Source: a virus (Duplodnaviria; Caudoviricetes). Taken from it: 28,851 bases of DNA. Below, in pieces: positions 1-9,519 of the stretch. Numbering within the stretch: the first letter of the stretch is position 1; every line of letters starts with the position of its first letter. Position numbers and translations under genes: made by a program. The notes under the pieces were generated by a model that saw only the letters and a list, made by a program, of their open reading frames with translations, had not been told where the DNA came from and did no database searches. The stretch lies in the IMG/VR virus record IMGVR_UViG_3300032103_000032, positions 1-28,851 of that record, one strand, 5' to 3'.

Positions 1-47
1 GTGTCTACTACCGAGCCACTCCAGAAGACATCGCCAAGCGGATCTGA
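1..47 (+). CDS. 3' end of a probable tyrosine recombinase/integrase (partial)
   Basis: The frame from nt 3 reads VYYRATPEDIAKRI*. This resembles the C-terminus just after the catalytic Tyr of Rci-like phage integrases, and it converges on the lysis cassette at the prophage end. Only 14 codons are visible. Confidence 0.55.
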   Translation, partial: VYYRATPEDIAKRI

Positions 48-48
48 T

Positions 49-552
49 TCAAGGGTCACTCACCTGGCGTTCAATCTCAGCCCGGTCTGCGATGCAGGCG
101 ACGAGGGCAACTCGTAGCTGATCGGCTCGGGCAGCCTCCCCGACAAGAAAAGCTGCATCCGGTCGAGAAAGCTGGAGTCCAGTGCTTCCTGTTCGATCTG
201 CAATTCCAGCACCGGAATCCTCGGGCACACCTCCAGCACCTGCGCGGGCCTCGGGGCGGTCGCGCAGGCTGTCAACAAGAGCACTGTGCTCACGGCTAAT
301 GCGGTTGATTTCATTGCGGTGACTCCTTCTTATCTGATCCACCTGGGCCTGCAGCGCCGCCGTCTTGGTCATAGCCCGATCCAGTTCCGCCGCCTGAGCC
401 AGAGCCATTTGGGCGACTTCCGCATCCCATAGGCTCTGAATCTGCGATTTGCCCGACTGCACACCCTTGATGTGCGCGAACCAGGCAGTCGCGGCAAGTG
501 AGATGCTGAAAGCTGTGGTGGCTACAGCCAGTGTCTTGAGTCGCCACATCAT
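49..552 (-). CDS. Rz-like inner-membrane spanin (i-spanin)
   Basis: N-terminal TM helix (LAVATTAFSISLAATAWF) followed by an Ala/Gln-rich coiled coil. Last gene of the lysis cassette, with an embedded lipoprotein ORF. Confidence 0.85.
   Translation of the reverse strand: MMWRLKTLAVATTAFSISLAATAWFAHIKGVQSGKSQIQSLWDAEVAQMALAQAAELDRAMTKTAALQAQVDQIRRSHRNEINRISREHSALVDSLRDRPEARAGAGGVPEDSGAGIADRTGSTGLQLSRPDAAFLVGEAARADQLRVALVACIADRAEIERQVSDP
60..314 (-). CDS. Rz1-like outer-membrane lipoprotein spanin (o-spanin), embedded in Rz
   Basis: Signal peptide MKSTALAVSTVLLLTA-C with lipobox LTAC, a Pro-rich mature part and a second Cys. Lies wholly inside the Rz gene in another frame, as in lambda. Confidence 0.85.
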   Translation of the reverse strand: MKSTALAVSTVLLLTACATAPRPAQVLEVCPRIPVLELQIEQEALDSSFLDRMQLFLSGRLPEPISYELPSSPASQTGLRLNAR

Positions 553-797
553 CGCTCCCCTGGGGCTTGCTGCCCGGCACCGGTTCCAGGGGGCTTGCCC
601 TGCCAGTGATCGTCCAGAGTGGCAAACCCCATGTAGGCACCGACCACGGCACCCACGAAGATGTAGAACGGCCCTGCTACGGCCCCAAGCTGGTCAGAGT
701 CCGTTACCCACAGCAGCAGGGGGTAGGCCATCCCTGCAATGAGTGAGGCCCACGCCATGCGGCGGCGGTTTTTCCAGCGGTCGTAGATCGGCGTCAT
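549..797 (-). CDS. Putative holin (two TM helices)
   Basis: Basic N-terminus (RWKNRRR) and two hydrophobic segments, between endolysin and Rz. The ATG at 797 overlaps the endolysin TGA (ATGA) and has a GGGAG SD, so it is preferred over the GTG at 809. Confidence 0.7.
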   Translation of the reverse strand: MTPIYDRWKNRRRMAWASLIAGMAYPLLLWVTDSDQLGAVAGPFYIFVGAVVGAYMGFATLDDHWQGKPPGTGAGQQAPGER

Positions 798-1177
798 TGG
801 TACTCCCACATCACGTTGTTGGCCAGCCCCGGCCCGCCAAGGCCCAGGTGGATGAAACCTTTGGCGACGCCTACGCGGGTGATGCCGTGCTTGAGCGCCA
901 GCCGCACCAGGTCGAACCGTTCGCGGCCATCCGCGACGGCAACGTCAGCGCACATGCCCTGCGTGTGCTCGCCGTTGCTGTGGGTCTTGCGGGCCTCGAC
1001 TGGGTGTGTCGGGTGCCGATAGCCGCTGGTGATGCGCATCGGCCTGCCGTACTCACTTCGGATCGCTTGCAGGCGCTCCATAAAAGCGTGTCGCATTTCG
1101 TTGCGCCCTGTGTGCCGACAGTCAAATTCTGCTCGACTGAAGTTGGGGTACTCGTTCCAGCGTGCAAGAAGCGTCAT
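794..1177 (-). CDS. Endolysin, peptidase M15 (M15A-like Zn peptidase)
   Basis: Motifs NFSRAEFDC, ITSGYR, H-x6-D (HTQGMCAD) and FIHL, in lysis-cassette context. Confidence 0.9.
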   Translation of the reverse strand: MTLLARWNEYPNFSRAEFDCRHTGRNEMRHAFMERLQAIRSEYGRPMRITSGYRHPTHPVEARKTHSNGEHTQGMCADVAVADGRERFDLVRLALKHGITRVGVAKGFIHLGLGGPGLANNVMWEYQ

Positions 1178-1518
1178 GCCAGTCCCACCTTCTTTGCGGC
1201 ATAGACCGCCGCCGCAGCCAAAGCGGCCCAGATACCACGATCCACCCAGATTGACACTTTGCTGTACTCGGGCAGCATTTTTTCAATCTCGACAAGTCGG
1301 GCTTCAACCTTGGCGATGGCTTCAAACGCCCGCTCCTGTGCAGCAGATGTTGACGCTATTCGCTCCTCGACCAGCGCCAATCGAGTGATGGCGCTGGTCA
1401 ATTCCTTGATGGCGTCTTTGATTTCGCCAACGTCTTGATGCAACACGTTGAGCTTGGCACCCATGAGCGCGACATCAACCCGCCGTTCCCGACCTTCGCG
1501 GTCGCTGTTTTCTGACAT
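1174..1518 (-). CDS. Lysis-associated coiled-coil protein with C-terminal TM helix (holin/antiholin-like)
   Basis: Heptad-rich body, C-terminal hydrophobic helix and KK tail. Its stop overlaps the endolysin start. Confidence 0.6.
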   Translation of the reverse strand: MSENSDREGRERRVDVALMGAKLNVLHQDVGEIKDAIKELTSAITRLALVEERIASTSAAQERAFEAIAKVEARLVEIEKMLPEYSKVSIWVDRGIWAALAAAAVYAAKKVGLA

Positions 1519-1568
1519 GATTACTGGAGCCTTTCTAGGTCGTTAAGTGGGCTTCACAGGGGCTGCGG

Positions 1569-1832
1569 TTATGCCTTGCGCCTGTAGTACTCAGGAAATT
1601 GCCGCCGTGAGCGCTCGCTGTCGTAAGCGTCTCGGCAGTGGTTGCGGTCACGCCCGATGGTCACGACAAAGAAGAAGGCATCGATCACAGGGCGCAATAC
1701 ACCCCCACGCCGACCGCCTTGTTTTGCGCTGCGCCATGCCCGCGCACTCATAGATTCGTCCGGATAGCCGCCCAGAATGGCGTTACCCAATTGAGATAGG
1801 GCAATCAGGATAATGCAGATGTAGTTTTTCAC
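1569..1832 (-). CDS. Conserved phage hypothetical protein
   Basis: QLGNAILGGYPDESMSARAWR...HCRDAY pattern, typical of small genes following tail fibres. Overlaps the upstream gene by 4 bp. Confidence 0.7.
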   Translation of the reverse strand: MKNYICIILIALSQLGNAILGGYPDESMSARAWRSAKQGGRRGGVLRPVIDAFFFVVTIGRDRNHCRDAYDSERSRRQFPEYYRRKA

Positions 1833-2116
1833 AATGCCACCTCGCTAGCCTGGCTGAACAACTGATCCATTTGCTCCTGCGTAATGCCCAGTGCTGTTGC
1901 TGCTTGGTTCAGGAATGGGCTGTTGCGCTGCCATACCGCTGTTTCATGCACGGCCACTTCGGCAATTGCTCTTTGCGTCGGGTCGGCAATCGCAGCAATA
2001 AATGCCAGCACTTGCGGCCACAGGCCCGCGCGAATCAGAACAACTTTACCCTGTGCGCGGGATATTTCATGAGGAACCGGGGCTGGCACCAATGTCGGAT
2101 CAATCTTGATAATCAC
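1829..2116 (-). CDS. Tail-fibre-associated hypothetical protein (possible assembly chaperone)
   Basis: VPHEISRAQGK...ALGITQEQMDQLF pattern. Coupled by 4-bp overlaps on both sides. Confidence 0.65.
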   Translation of the reverse strand: MIIKIDPTLVPAPVPHEISRAQGKVVLIRAGLWPQVLAFIAAIADPTQRAIAEVAVHETAVWQRNSPFLNQAATALGITQEQMDQLFSQASEVAL

Positions 2117-2367
2117 GGCTGCACCTCGGGGAATGTGTTGTACTCAGCACCAACGCCATCGGTCAGATCAGCATCATCAACCGTCCATGCATTGCGCTGA
2201 CTTCGATCTGTCGGAATTTCGGATGCGTCGATGATTCTGTAGGGTTTGCCCGCAGGCACGTCTTTTTGCGCAATGGCTTCAATGCCGTAAATGGCAAGGG
2301 CTTCTTCCGTGGGGCGAATGACGGCGACTACGCCGCTGTCTTGCTTGTAGATAATGACGCGATTCAT
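2113..2367 (-). CDS. Putative tail fibre assembly chaperone
   Basis: IAQKDVPAGKPYRIIDASEIPTDRSQRNAW motif, AAGGA SD, directly after the fibre gene. Confidence 0.7.
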   Translation of the reverse strand: MNRVIIYKQDSGVVAVIRPTEEALAIYGIEAIAQKDVPAGKPYRIIDASEIPTDRSQRNAWTVDDADLTDGVGAEYNTFPEVQP

Positions 2368-2382
2368 GGTGTCGTCCTTGAG

Positions 2383-2844
2383 TTAGCGGAAGATGGCGAC
2401 ATTTAAAACAGGCAGGTCTACGGGTGTAGCCGATTGAATCGAAAAAAGGCGAAGGAAGGAGGCCGTTTTGGGCGTAGTAGTGCTTTCGTTCACAGCCAAG
2501 GTGTTTCCGCTAGGTATTCCGCCAGTCAGTACGGACGCATAATTCGCATCCGGCATTGCCGTAGCAAAGTTAACCGTGTAATCGCCCACCCCGTTATCCG
2601 TAATTGAGCTAACGTTACCGCTTGCGCGGATCGCTACAGTGCCGGTGCCGTTGAAATTAACCCATGCCCGGCAGACGCCCACTGGGGGGTTCAGTGTGAT
2701 GCCCAAGGCGGCACGCGCATCTGCCGCGTTGCCGCTGCTGCCCAAAAGGCCCAGCAGGTAATCATGCAGGGCGCCGATGCCGGTGTTGAACTGCGCGTTG
2801 GTAGGGGCACCAGAAAGATGGCTTCGGGCGGGTGGTGCTGGCAT
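2383..2844 (-). CDS. Short tail fibre / receptor-binding protein
   Basis: AADARAALG linker followed by the common fibre C-terminal domain RAWVNFNGTGTVAIRASGNVSSITDNGVGDYTVNF. AAGGAG SD. Confidence 0.75.
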   Translation of the reverse strand: MPAPPARSHLSGAPTNAQFNTGIGALHDYLLGLLGSSGNAADARAALGITLNPPVGVCRAWVNFNGTGTVAIRASGNVSSITDNGVGDYTVNFATAMPDANYASVLTGGIPSGNTLAVNESTTTPKTASFLRLFSIQSATPVDLPVLNVAIFR

Positions 2845-2856
2845 GTGAACTCCTTT

Positions 2857-5676
2857 TCAGTAACCTTGAATATCCGCATCGACCAGCCCCTGCACGGGAC
2901 TGCCCGATCCGTCCAAAACGATGATGTACGGCCCCTCTTCGGGGTTTTTGTCCTGCACGAGGACGCTGCGGCCACCGTTGCCGTCGCCCTGCAGCGTGAG
3001 CTGCACGTTGACAATCTGGCGGTAGCTTTGCGTGATCGGCAACCTGAACCCGCCAGGCGGCACGACGGCATCGGCAATGGTCTCCAGCACGTCAGGCACA
3101 TCGAGAACGGCGGTCAGCTCGTGAACAATGCCACGCTGCATACCGCCAGCGAGAGAAACTCGCCAATCAATGCGTTCGGGTGCCGCCAGCCTGATTTCTC
3201 CTGGCCAGGTGGTCCATGGCAACGGGACGCCGTAAATCAAATCGTCCGGGTCGCCATAGAACGGGTCTCCAGGCTCTGTGTAAGGAGGCCGCTGGTTGTC
3301 CCGCCGATAGTCGATGGTGAAGCCATGGCCGCTGATGTCATACAACAGCGTCAGGTGGCCTTGCGCTGGCGGTGTGACGCCGAACGCATAGGCCATGTCG
3401 GCATACGTGGTGTCTGCATAGAAAAAATCGGAAGCGCCGCCGTAGAAAGATGCGCTGGCGGGACCATACAGAATGTCCGCTTCATCGGCCTGCAATTTGC
3501 CGCCAATCACGCTGCCAGCCGTGATCTGGCCAGTCCAGTCGGGCGCTTGAGGCCAGGAAAGCAGTACATTTTCAACCAGCGGGTCGCCCAGATCGGCGGC
3601 AATCACGGCGGGCTGCAGGCTTTCGTTGCCTGATGTATCCAGGGCTTTGACCATCAGCGTGACAGGGCCAGCGGGGCGCGTGGTCATGCGCCATGGCGTC
3701 TCAGTCAGCAGGCCTTCGTGCAGCCGGGCGGCGGTAGGCCACCAGGGGTTGTTCCCGTACTGGAATCGCACCACATAACCTGCCAGATCGGGAACATCAT
3801 TCAGCGGCGTCCAGTTCAGAGTGGTGCCGTTGATGGTGAAGGCGGTGATGTTCGGTGGTGGCTCTGTCTTGCCAACGACGGTGTGGGTGATCTGGCTCCA
3901 GGTGCCACGCTGGCCAATGTTGTTGGCCGTTCGTGCGCGAAGCTCATAAACGATGCCATCCTCGACTGGGCCGATAAATGTGGCCGATTCATTGCCGTCT
4001 GCGCGGGCAGAAACCCAATCTGTCGCGCCTTCCGGGCGGTACTGAATCTCGATTCGTCCAGCGGCTTGAACACAAACATCAAGCACCGGCTGCCAACTCA
4101 GGCGAATGCGGCTGATGACTGTGCCATCACCTGCAATCTGCAAGGCGCTTGTGCCGCTTTCTGCTGTTAGGCCTGTGATGGCTGGAACCACGTAGGGGTT
4201 TGGCAGATTGGTGTTGGGAGCAGGGTCAACCGTTGTGGCGTCTCCGAAGTTCCAGTCCCAAACCTCCGGGGCGGTTTCTCGCAGCACGTAACGGATGCCA
4301 TCGGCACTCAGAGTGCGGTCGGCCACAAAAAACGTTTTGCTGGACCATCCGTAGCGCGGGATGGTCAGAGCCACATGGCTGCCGGGGCGCAAATCGTATG
4401 TCGTCCACTTGCACAAGACCGAGACGGTCACCGCCTGCCTGGCTCTCTCCAGCTCAATCTTTGCCATGCGCTGAGCACGCACACCATCATTGCAAAGCGG
4501 CATGGGTATGTCGCGCTCAATGATGTTGCCGGAGTCCTGCGTCACATAGTTTGAATTGGTGACGATGGGGAACTGCTTTTCAGCGTAAGCCTCGGCGGGC
4601 TCTATGTAAATCCCCGTGACAGTGTTAAAAAGCTCTCTTCGTGGCGTGTAGGCAATCAATTCCTCCACGTTGATGATGTCATCAACGCCGATGGTCATTG
4701 ATGGGATCTGGTAAGCCCCTGCCTGCACACTCCACCGCCCCTGGGTCCAGACCGTGATGCCTGCCATGGCATCGGTCAGGGCCTCCAGGTTGTCTTTTTG
4801 ATTGCTGCCGCAGCTCAGCACCCCGTTCACGGTATAGCGGCGCTGGGTGCCTCTTGTGGCAAGCGGAATCAGCTCGTCACATACATTGGCGGCGGCGATG
4901 ACATCTGAATCATTCACCTCGCCTGCTGTACAGCGCAGCCCCTGGTAGCTGGTGAGGTAATCCCGCACTGCCAAGGCGGCGTTGTCGCTCCAGGCGGTCA
5001 GGGTGGTGCGTGGGTCATACAGCTTTTTGCCACGAACCACGGCGCGAATGGTCGGTGCGCCCGTTTGGGCAAAAACATCGTAATCGGCCTCCCAGCGCAC
5101 GTAGAGGTACGACACGCCACGTCCAGCGTCAGCGCCGTTAAGGGCGCCGCCACTGGCGGCCACCAGGTCGGCATCCAGGGCAGTCTGGTTCCCGGCATAC
5201 AGACGGATGCGTATCAGTGGCTCGGTGCCGCCTCGGCAATACTTAGGAGTGGTCACCCAACCATTGGGATCCACAGTCACAGGCTCATCGCCAATGAAGT
5301 ATGTGTCCACTCCGTCAATTTCATGTCCTGCAAGGGTTTGAGCCCAGTGATGAAATTGACCGACATCACCATTAGTAAACCAGAATGGAATGGTGCCACC
5401 CACCAGGGCGCGGCCATACACGATGCGCTGCGGCTCAATGGCGCTACGCACCACGTTTTGCACGTCTCTTAAACTGGCAATGGTCTGCGCCCGAGCAGCT
5501 GCAGCCATTTTCTTTTCCTGGCGGTGGGCCAAGGAAGAACCCACCACCGCAGCAGCCACACCGCCCACAACGGTGGCTACCGTGACCGCCCCAAAAAGCA
5601 CCGTTGCGCCAATCGTGGTCTTGGCCACGGCGGCAGTTGTTGCGGCTCCGACGATCAGGGGGATAGCTTGCGGCAT
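2857..5676 (-). CDS. Tail tip / host-specificity protein (lambda J-like) with FN3-like domain
   Basis: 939 aa with PQRIVYGRALVGG, VRGKKLYDPR, WSDNAALAVRDYL and the FN3-like YELRARTANNIGQRGTWS. Follows the minor tail genes. Confidence 0.9.
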   Translation of the reverse strand: MPQAIPLIVGAATTAAVAKTTIGATVLFGAVTVATVVGGVAAAVVGSSLAHRQEKKMAAAARAQTIASLRDVQNVVRSAIEPQRIVYGRALVGGTIPFWFTNGDVGQFHHWAQTLAGHEIDGVDTYFIGDEPVTVDPNGWVTTPKYCRGGTEPLIRIRLYAGNQTALDADLVAASGGALNGADAGRGVSYLYVRWEADYDVFAQTGAPTIRAVVRGKKLYDPRTTLTAWSDNAALAVRDYLTSYQGLRCTAGEVNDSDVIAAANVCDELIPLATRGTQRRYTVNGVLSCGSNQKDNLEALTDAMAGITVWTQGRWSVQAGAYQIPSMTIGVDDIINVEELIAYTPRRELFNTVTGIYIEPAEAYAEKQFPIVTNSNYVTQDSGNIIERDIPMPLCNDGVRAQRMAKIELERARQAVTVSVLCKWTTYDLRPGSHVALTIPRYGWSSKTFFVADRTLSADGIRYVLRETAPEVWDWNFGDATTVDPAPNTNLPNPYVVPAITGLTAESGTSALQIAGDGTVISRIRLSWQPVLDVCVQAAGRIEIQYRPEGATDWVSARADGNESATFIGPVEDGIVYELRARTANNIGQRGTWSQITHTVVGKTEPPPNITAFTINGTTLNWTPLNDVPDLAGYVVRFQYGNNPWWPTAARLHEGLLTETPWRMTTRPAGPVTLMVKALDTSGNESLQPAVIAADLGDPLVENVLLSWPQAPDWTGQITAGSVIGGKLQADEADILYGPASASFYGGASDFFYADTTYADMAYAFGVTPPAQGHLTLLYDISGHGFTIDYRRDNQRPPYTEPGDPFYGDPDDLIYGVPLPWTTWPGEIRLAAPERIDWRVSLAGGMQRGIVHELTAVLDVPDVLETIADAVVPPGGFRLPITQSYRQIVNVQLTLQGDGNGGRSVLVQDKNPEEGPYIIVLDGSGSPVQGLVDADIQGY

Positions 5677-6110
5677 TAAACCACCCTCCCAACAGGCCAG
5701 GAGCCAATGGCTGCGCCCATGAGGCCGAATACCAGCCCATCAGGCCCAGGGGCGGCCCACTGACCGCCCAGGCAAACCCCTAGCAGCCGCTCGCTTTTCT
5801 GCTCAATTAAAACCACATCGCCCCGCTGGGTCAGGGTGGCGGACTGCATAGCGCCCAGCCGCTCGGCAGTCAAGTCCGCCAGCGGGTGGCGCTTGAGCAA
5901 CCGGCGGGCCGAAGCGGCGGTGCTGACGTGCCGCAGATCGGCCATTGGATCGGTGTCGGTCATGCACAAAACGGCATCTGCCGAAAAGGTGCAGCAGTCC
6001 TGCTCGCCCCAGGCAAATGGCTTGGCCCGACGCTGTTCGATAAACCGAGCCAGTCGGGTGGGCCAGTCTGCATGGCGCACTAGACGCAAGGGAGGATTAG
6101 TGTTCATCAT
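5676..6110 (-). CDS. Tail-associated NlpC/P60-like protein
   Basis: DWPTRLARFI...PFAWGEQDCCTF...RGDVVL motif. Start re-assigned to the ATG at 6110, just after the upstream gene's stop at 6113. Confidence 0.8.
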   Translation of the reverse strand: MMNTNPPLRLVRHADWPTRLARFIEQRRAKPFAWGEQDCCTFSADAVLCMTDTDPMADLRHVSTAASARRLLKRHPLADLTAERLGAMQSATLTQRGDVVLIEQKSERLLGVCLGGQWAAPGPDGLVFGLMGAAIGSWPVGRVV

Positions 6111-6112
6111 GC

Positions 6113-6697
6113 TCACACCCGACGCGCCAGCGCTTCTTTGGAAAAGATGATGATTTCGCGCTCGGCCATGGCCGCTGCGAGTCGGAAAAAGCCATCGCCA
6201 GGCCACAGGCGACGATGGTCTGCATCGCTGTAGCGCAGCAGGCGTGGGCGGTCCCACTCCACCAGGCGGTTTTCCGCGTTCACCGTGACGGTGGCGCCCG
6301 CCTCGTTGAAGCGCTGCACATCCAGCAGGCCCTGCCAAACGTTAGGGTCTACGGCCAGGCTTGGTGGCTCAGTGGTGGCGTCGAGTACCGCTAGGCGAAT
6401 GATGACAGGGCGACCCTGTATGGGTTCTCCCAATACGTTGGCGATGTGCGCCTCCGTTACGCCGGCAAGCGCTAACTGCAGCCCGGTGATGGCGTTTGGC
6501 GTCTCCTCAATGGGAGCAATGGATCCCAGACCACGTGCGCCAACCCATGTTTGGCCACCCCACTCCACATCGAAATCCAGCCCGGCCAGTCGCACGGTGC
6601 CGCTGAGCAGCTGCAGTTCGGCCAACCAGAACCAGGTGATATGTTCACGCTGGACGGCATCGGCAAAAGCCAGGGGCAGAGATGCGCGGGCTGGCAT
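6113..6697 (-). CDS. Minor tail protein (hub / gpL-like position)
   Basis: WGGQTWVGARGLGSI and RYSDADHRRLWPGDGFF motifs. Lies between the distal tail and NlpC genes. Confidence 0.75.
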   Translation of the reverse strand: MPARASLPLAFADAVQREHITWFWLAELQLLSGTVRLAGLDFDVEWGGQTWVGARGLGSIAPIEETPNAITGLQLALAGVTEAHIANVLGEPIQGRPVIIRLAVLDATTEPPSLAVDPNVWQGLLDVQRFNEAGATVTVNAENRLVEWDRPRLLRYSDADHRRLWPGDGFFRLAAAMAEREIIIFSKEALARRV

Positions 6698-7302
6698 CAG
6701 AATGCCTCCACCAGCTCAAGCGCCAAGGGCGTCGCAATCGTCTTGTAGCGCGGAAAATCAATGTCGCCGCTTTTCAAAATCCATTTGGCGGTCGGCCTGC
6801 TCAGCACAACGGGCGAGCCTGAAGGATGCTGCGCTCGCAAAGCATGCGTGAGCTGTACCGTCATCTGGCCGGAGCCATTGGCGGTCGCGTCTTGGGCAAC
6901 CATCAGAAGCTGGCCGCCAATGCCAATCATTGAGCCCGCCTGCATGGTTGTTGACGCGCCGCAGCCGCTCAGAGACACAGTGCTGGCAAATGCTGACGCC
7001 GTAGCAGCCAGGGTTACGCCATTCAGAGCAATGGTGCCAATGGGGCGCGGGCGATCCAGCCGGTGCATCTCGATGCGATTGGCCTGCCTGATTCGAGTCA
7101 GGAAGCCTTCGACCCTTGCGCGGGCATCGGGCGCCTGGTTATTGATTTCCATCAGGACGGCCCAGCGAGTACCAGGCAAAGACATGGTTTGCATCGCGCC
7201 AGACAGCTCCGACACGAACGAGCGCGAGTTGTCGCGCACACCCCATGTGAATGAAACGGGGTGAAAATCTCTGGTGCTGGGCCAGGTGTGGATCGTGCTC
7301 AT
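6697..7302 (-). CDS. Distal tail (Dit-like) protein
   Basis: Immediately after the tape measure gene (4-bp overlap), 201 aa, FVSELSGAMQT...PGTRW motif. Confidence 0.7.
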   Translation of the reverse strand: MSTIHTWPSTRDFHPVSFTWGVRDNSRSFVSELSGAMQTMSLPGTRWAVLMEINNQAPDARARVEGFLTRIRQANRIEMHRLDRPRPIGTIALNGVTLAATASAFASTVSLSGCGASTTMQAGSMIGIGGQLLMVAQDATANGSGQMTVQLTHALRAQHPSGSPVVLSRPTAKWILKSGDIDFPRYKTIATPLALELVEAF

Positions 7303-9287
7303 GCCATGCGCCCCCTGGCCATATCGTCATAAATAGCCTGCCTGCCCATGGCGGCACCCAGCTGCGCAGCGGTCAAAACCAGAGCCTGGTCGGCGGGGCC
7401 GTTGAAGTTGAAGGACTGGTTGACGACCACACTGCGGCCAGCACTCTGCCCTTTGGTGTGATCAATCACGGTTTCCTGTGGGTGCAGGATGGCCAGGTAG
7501 CCGCCTTTGCCGTCCAGCCCGCCCATGCGTGCACCGCTACCGGTGTAGCCGCCGCCGTCAAAGCTGAAGATGCGGCCCACAATGGAGTTGAGGGCATTGC
7601 TGAGTGGCTCAGATACAGATCGGCGGAAGGCCATCATGGCGATGTCTTGAGCGATACCGCTTAGCATGTCGCGCACCTTCCCGCCTCCCAGCACTGCATC
7701 CTCAAAGGCGCTGGTGAAACTCATGTTCAGCTTCTGAACTTCGTTCTTTGCGTTCTGCGCATCGTTGCTCAGGCTGCCCAGAAAGGTCTGTGATGCCTCG
7801 GCAAACTGCTCGGCGCTCAGTGCACCCCGCTCGAACTCGTCGGCCAGCAGTTGCATCACCCTGCGCTGCTCTTCCAGGCGTCCGGTGGGCGTGTTGCTCA
7901 GCAGTGTTTCAATGAATCGCTGGTGGGCTCCGTTGCGGGCCAGGATGGATTCGTGTTCGTCAATGTTGGCCTGGCGGCGGGCCTCGATGATGGCCTTGCG
8001 CTCGGCCTCGGCCGCAGCCTCATTGATGGCACCCTGGCGGCGCAAATCAATCGCCTCGGCCAGCCCCAGGAGGTCACGCCGCTGGGCTTCGGTCATGCCT
8101 CTAAGCCTGCCCATTCCGATGTCGCGCAGCAGCTGCTCCTTCACAGTAAGGCTGTCTAACGCCTCAAGCTGTCGCTGCAGGTTTTGCATGTAAAGCTCAG
8201 ATGCTGAGACGGTAGGCGGTCGCGGCGGACGTGGTGGACGCGGTGGAGCGCCACCATCACCTCCTGGACTGGGAATGGCAAACGGCGGGTTGATGGAATC
8301 TCCACGGCCACCGCCAGCGCTGCGTGCCTGGCGACTTTCCAGGAACTGTATCTGCAGCCGCACCCGCTCAATATCTGCCTCAAGCCCTTTGGTGCTCAGA
8401 CGCCACCGGCTGGGCGTGGCCAGCTGCTGCTCCAGGCTTGAAAGCTTTTCGCGCAGGGTTTTCAGGTTGCTTTCAGCGCTTCGGAACGGGTTGATGGTGC
8501 CGAAGGTGACGATGGCATTCCAGAAGCCATTGGCCTGCTTGGAGCCCTCCAGCAACTCGGAGGTCGCCTTGGCCAGCGCCGGAATCAACTCACTGGACAT
8601 CTGGCGGGCCATGCCGGAAATGTTGGATTGTATGCGCAGCAGGTTGTCGTTAAATTTGGCAGCAGCTTCGGCGGCCTCGTCCGTCACTACCTGGCCAAAG
8701 CGCCCCGCCTCTTCGCCCAGGTCTTTCAAACCCTGGGCACCACTGTTCAGCAATGGCACCAGCCTGGCTCCCTCCTCGCCCAGCAGGCGTACGGCTGCAG
8801 CCGACTTTTCAGCGGGCGTGGCCATGCGTGAAATGCGGTCGGCCACTTCACGCAACAGATGGTCGTTGCTCTTCAGGGATCCATCGACGTTTCGCAGCTC
8901 GATGCCGAACTCCGACAGCTTTTTACCGCCGTTGGCAGCGTCCTGGCCCAGAAGCTGCAGGCCCTTCTGCAATTCTTGAACGCTGACATCGGATAAACCG
9001 GCAGCATAGGCCAGTTTACTGAACTCTTCGGTGGCAACGCCTGCACGCTGGGCAGCTTTGCCCATGGCATCGTTGAAATCGGCGGTACTCTTGACGCTCG
9101 CCGCCAGGGCAGTGACCAGGCCCGTGCCAGCCAGACCCGCCAAGCCAAATGCCTCGCCAACGCCCGCAAAGCCACTGGAAAGCGCGGAGGCACGCTCGTC
9201 CAGGTCGCCCATGGAGCGCTGCACCTTGTCGAATACCTGGCTGGCCTTGTCGCGGGCCTCGATGTCAATTCGCGCTTTGCTGGCCAC
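7299..9287 (-). CDS. Tail tape measure protein
   Basis: 662 aa, Ala/Leu/Gly-rich helical. C-terminal FDGGGYTG...GGLDGKGG...LHPQETV motif of lambda-like TMPs. Confidence 0.92.
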   Translation of the reverse strand: MASKARIDIEARDKASQVFDKVQRSMGDLDERASALSSGFAGVGEAFGLAGLAGTGLVTALAASVKSTADFNDAMGKAAQRAGVATEEFSKLAYAAGLSDVSVQELQKGLQLLGQDAANGGKKLSEFGIELRNVDGSLKSNDHLLREVADRISRMATPAEKSAAAVRLLGEEGARLVPLLNSGAQGLKDLGEEAGRFGQVVTDEAAEAAAKFNDNLLRIQSNISGMARQMSSELIPALAKATSELLEGSKQANGFWNAIVTFGTINPFRSAESNLKTLREKLSSLEQQLATPSRWRLSTKGLEADIERVRLQIQFLESRQARSAGGGRGDSINPPFAIPSPGGDGGAPPRPPRPPRPPTVSASELYMQNLQRQLEALDSLTVKEQLLRDIGMGRLRGMTEAQRRDLLGLAEAIDLRRQGAINEAAAEAERKAIIEARRQANIDEHESILARNGAHQRFIETLLSNTPTGRLEEQRRVMQLLADEFERGALSAEQFAEASQTFLGSLSNDAQNAKNEVQKLNMSFTSAFEDAVLGGGKVRDMLSGIAQDIAMMAFRRSVSEPLSNALNSIVGRIFSFDGGGYTGSGARMGGLDGKGGYLAILHPQETVIDHTKGQSAGRSVVVNQSFNFNGPADQALVLTAAQLGAAMGRQAIYDDMARGRMA

Positions 9288-9519
9288 GGCGTATGTGCTC
9301 CATCAGCTCAACGAGCTGCAGCCAGTCGGCCACAGGGTAAACGGCGTCGTACAGGGGCCAGCGTTCGGGCATCCAGCCGCCGCACCAGGCCCAGCAGTGA
9401 CGCGCCTGTTCGGCCAGGGCGTCCAGGGTGGGCTGATCGGGGAGAAGATCCCCGAATCCGGCAGAGCGCAACTTGTCGGCCTCGCCCCTGGAGCGCTCCC
9501 ACTCCAGGAGCGCGGTCAG
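9265..9519 (-). CDS. Tail assembly chaperone, T segment (reached by -1 frameshift from G)
   Basis: The -1 frame is open from the slippery site A AAA AAC (9525-9519) to the stop at 9265, reading LTALLEWERSRGEADKLRSAGFGDLL... Confidence 0.8.
   Translation of the reverse strand: MTALLEWERSRGEADKLRSAGFGDLLPDQPTLDALAEQARHCWAWCGGWMPERWPLYDAVYPVADWLQLVELMEHIRRGQQSAN

Noticed and set aside
798-809. Lambda S-type dual start for the holin (GTG 809 / ATG 797)
   Set aside because: The extension (MGVP) has no basic residue, and the SD is positioned for ATG 797.
2383-2844. Short fibre as a diversity-generating retroelement target or invertible segment
   Set aside because: No reverse transcriptase, template repeat, inverted alternative fibre ends or crossover repeats were seen in the window.
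6111-6338. N-terminal extension of the 220-aa ORF 5676-6338
   Set aside because: It overlaps the upstream tail gene out of frame. The recognisable domain starts at ATG 6110.
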